Assembly (NCBI RefSeq): GCF_021028975.2 | Contig: NC_059435.1 | Span: 54,560,001-54,624,000 of the forward strand | Length of the DNA: 64,000 nt | From: Sphaerodactylus townsendi | Lineage: Eukaryota | Direction: 5' to 3' | Shown: one piece after another, positions 63,943-64,000 of the stretch | How positions within the stretch are numbered: position 1 is the first letter of the stretch | Layout: each line of letters begins with the position of its first letter | The notes under the pieces: generated by a model | Seen by the model: the letters and a program-made list of their open reading frames with translations, nothing else | What the model was told of the DNA's origin: nothing | Databases searched by the model: none | Made by a program: the position numbers and the translations under genes

Positions 63943-64000
63943 GGAGCTGTTGGTTAATGATTCTGCACACACACCACTTGTTTCATCTATAAAATGTAAT

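Overview
Vertebrate genomic DNA from a squamate reptile, probably a gecko (inferred from the repeat families), with three N-gaps (8811-9048, 29721-29930, 46327-46485). It holds three intron-containing genes. (1) The 5' half of HACD1/PTPLA on the minus strand: exons 1-4, including a 19-nt micro-exon. (2) A complete 14-exon STAM (STAM1, ESCRT-0) on the plus strand, head-to-head with HACD1; as assembled its last exon carries an apparent +1 frameshift. (3) Exons 1-7 of a macrophage mannose receptor (MRC1-like) gene on the plus strand, directly after STAM with no recognisable TMEM236 in between, so it may be a sauropsid MRC1L paralogue. Introns and spacers are dense with mobile elements: tRNA-, 5S- and Sauria-type SINEs, CR1 and L2 fragments, hAT MITEs with 8-bp TSDs, Penelope-like hairpin elements, a Helitron candidate and a possible solo LTR. 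One Penelope-like copy retains an intact minimal hammerhead ribozyme core. Exon boundaries were read by eye from GT/AG sites and frame continuity; comparisons to human proteins and repeat family names are from memory, not from searches. I found no convincing wholly new system.
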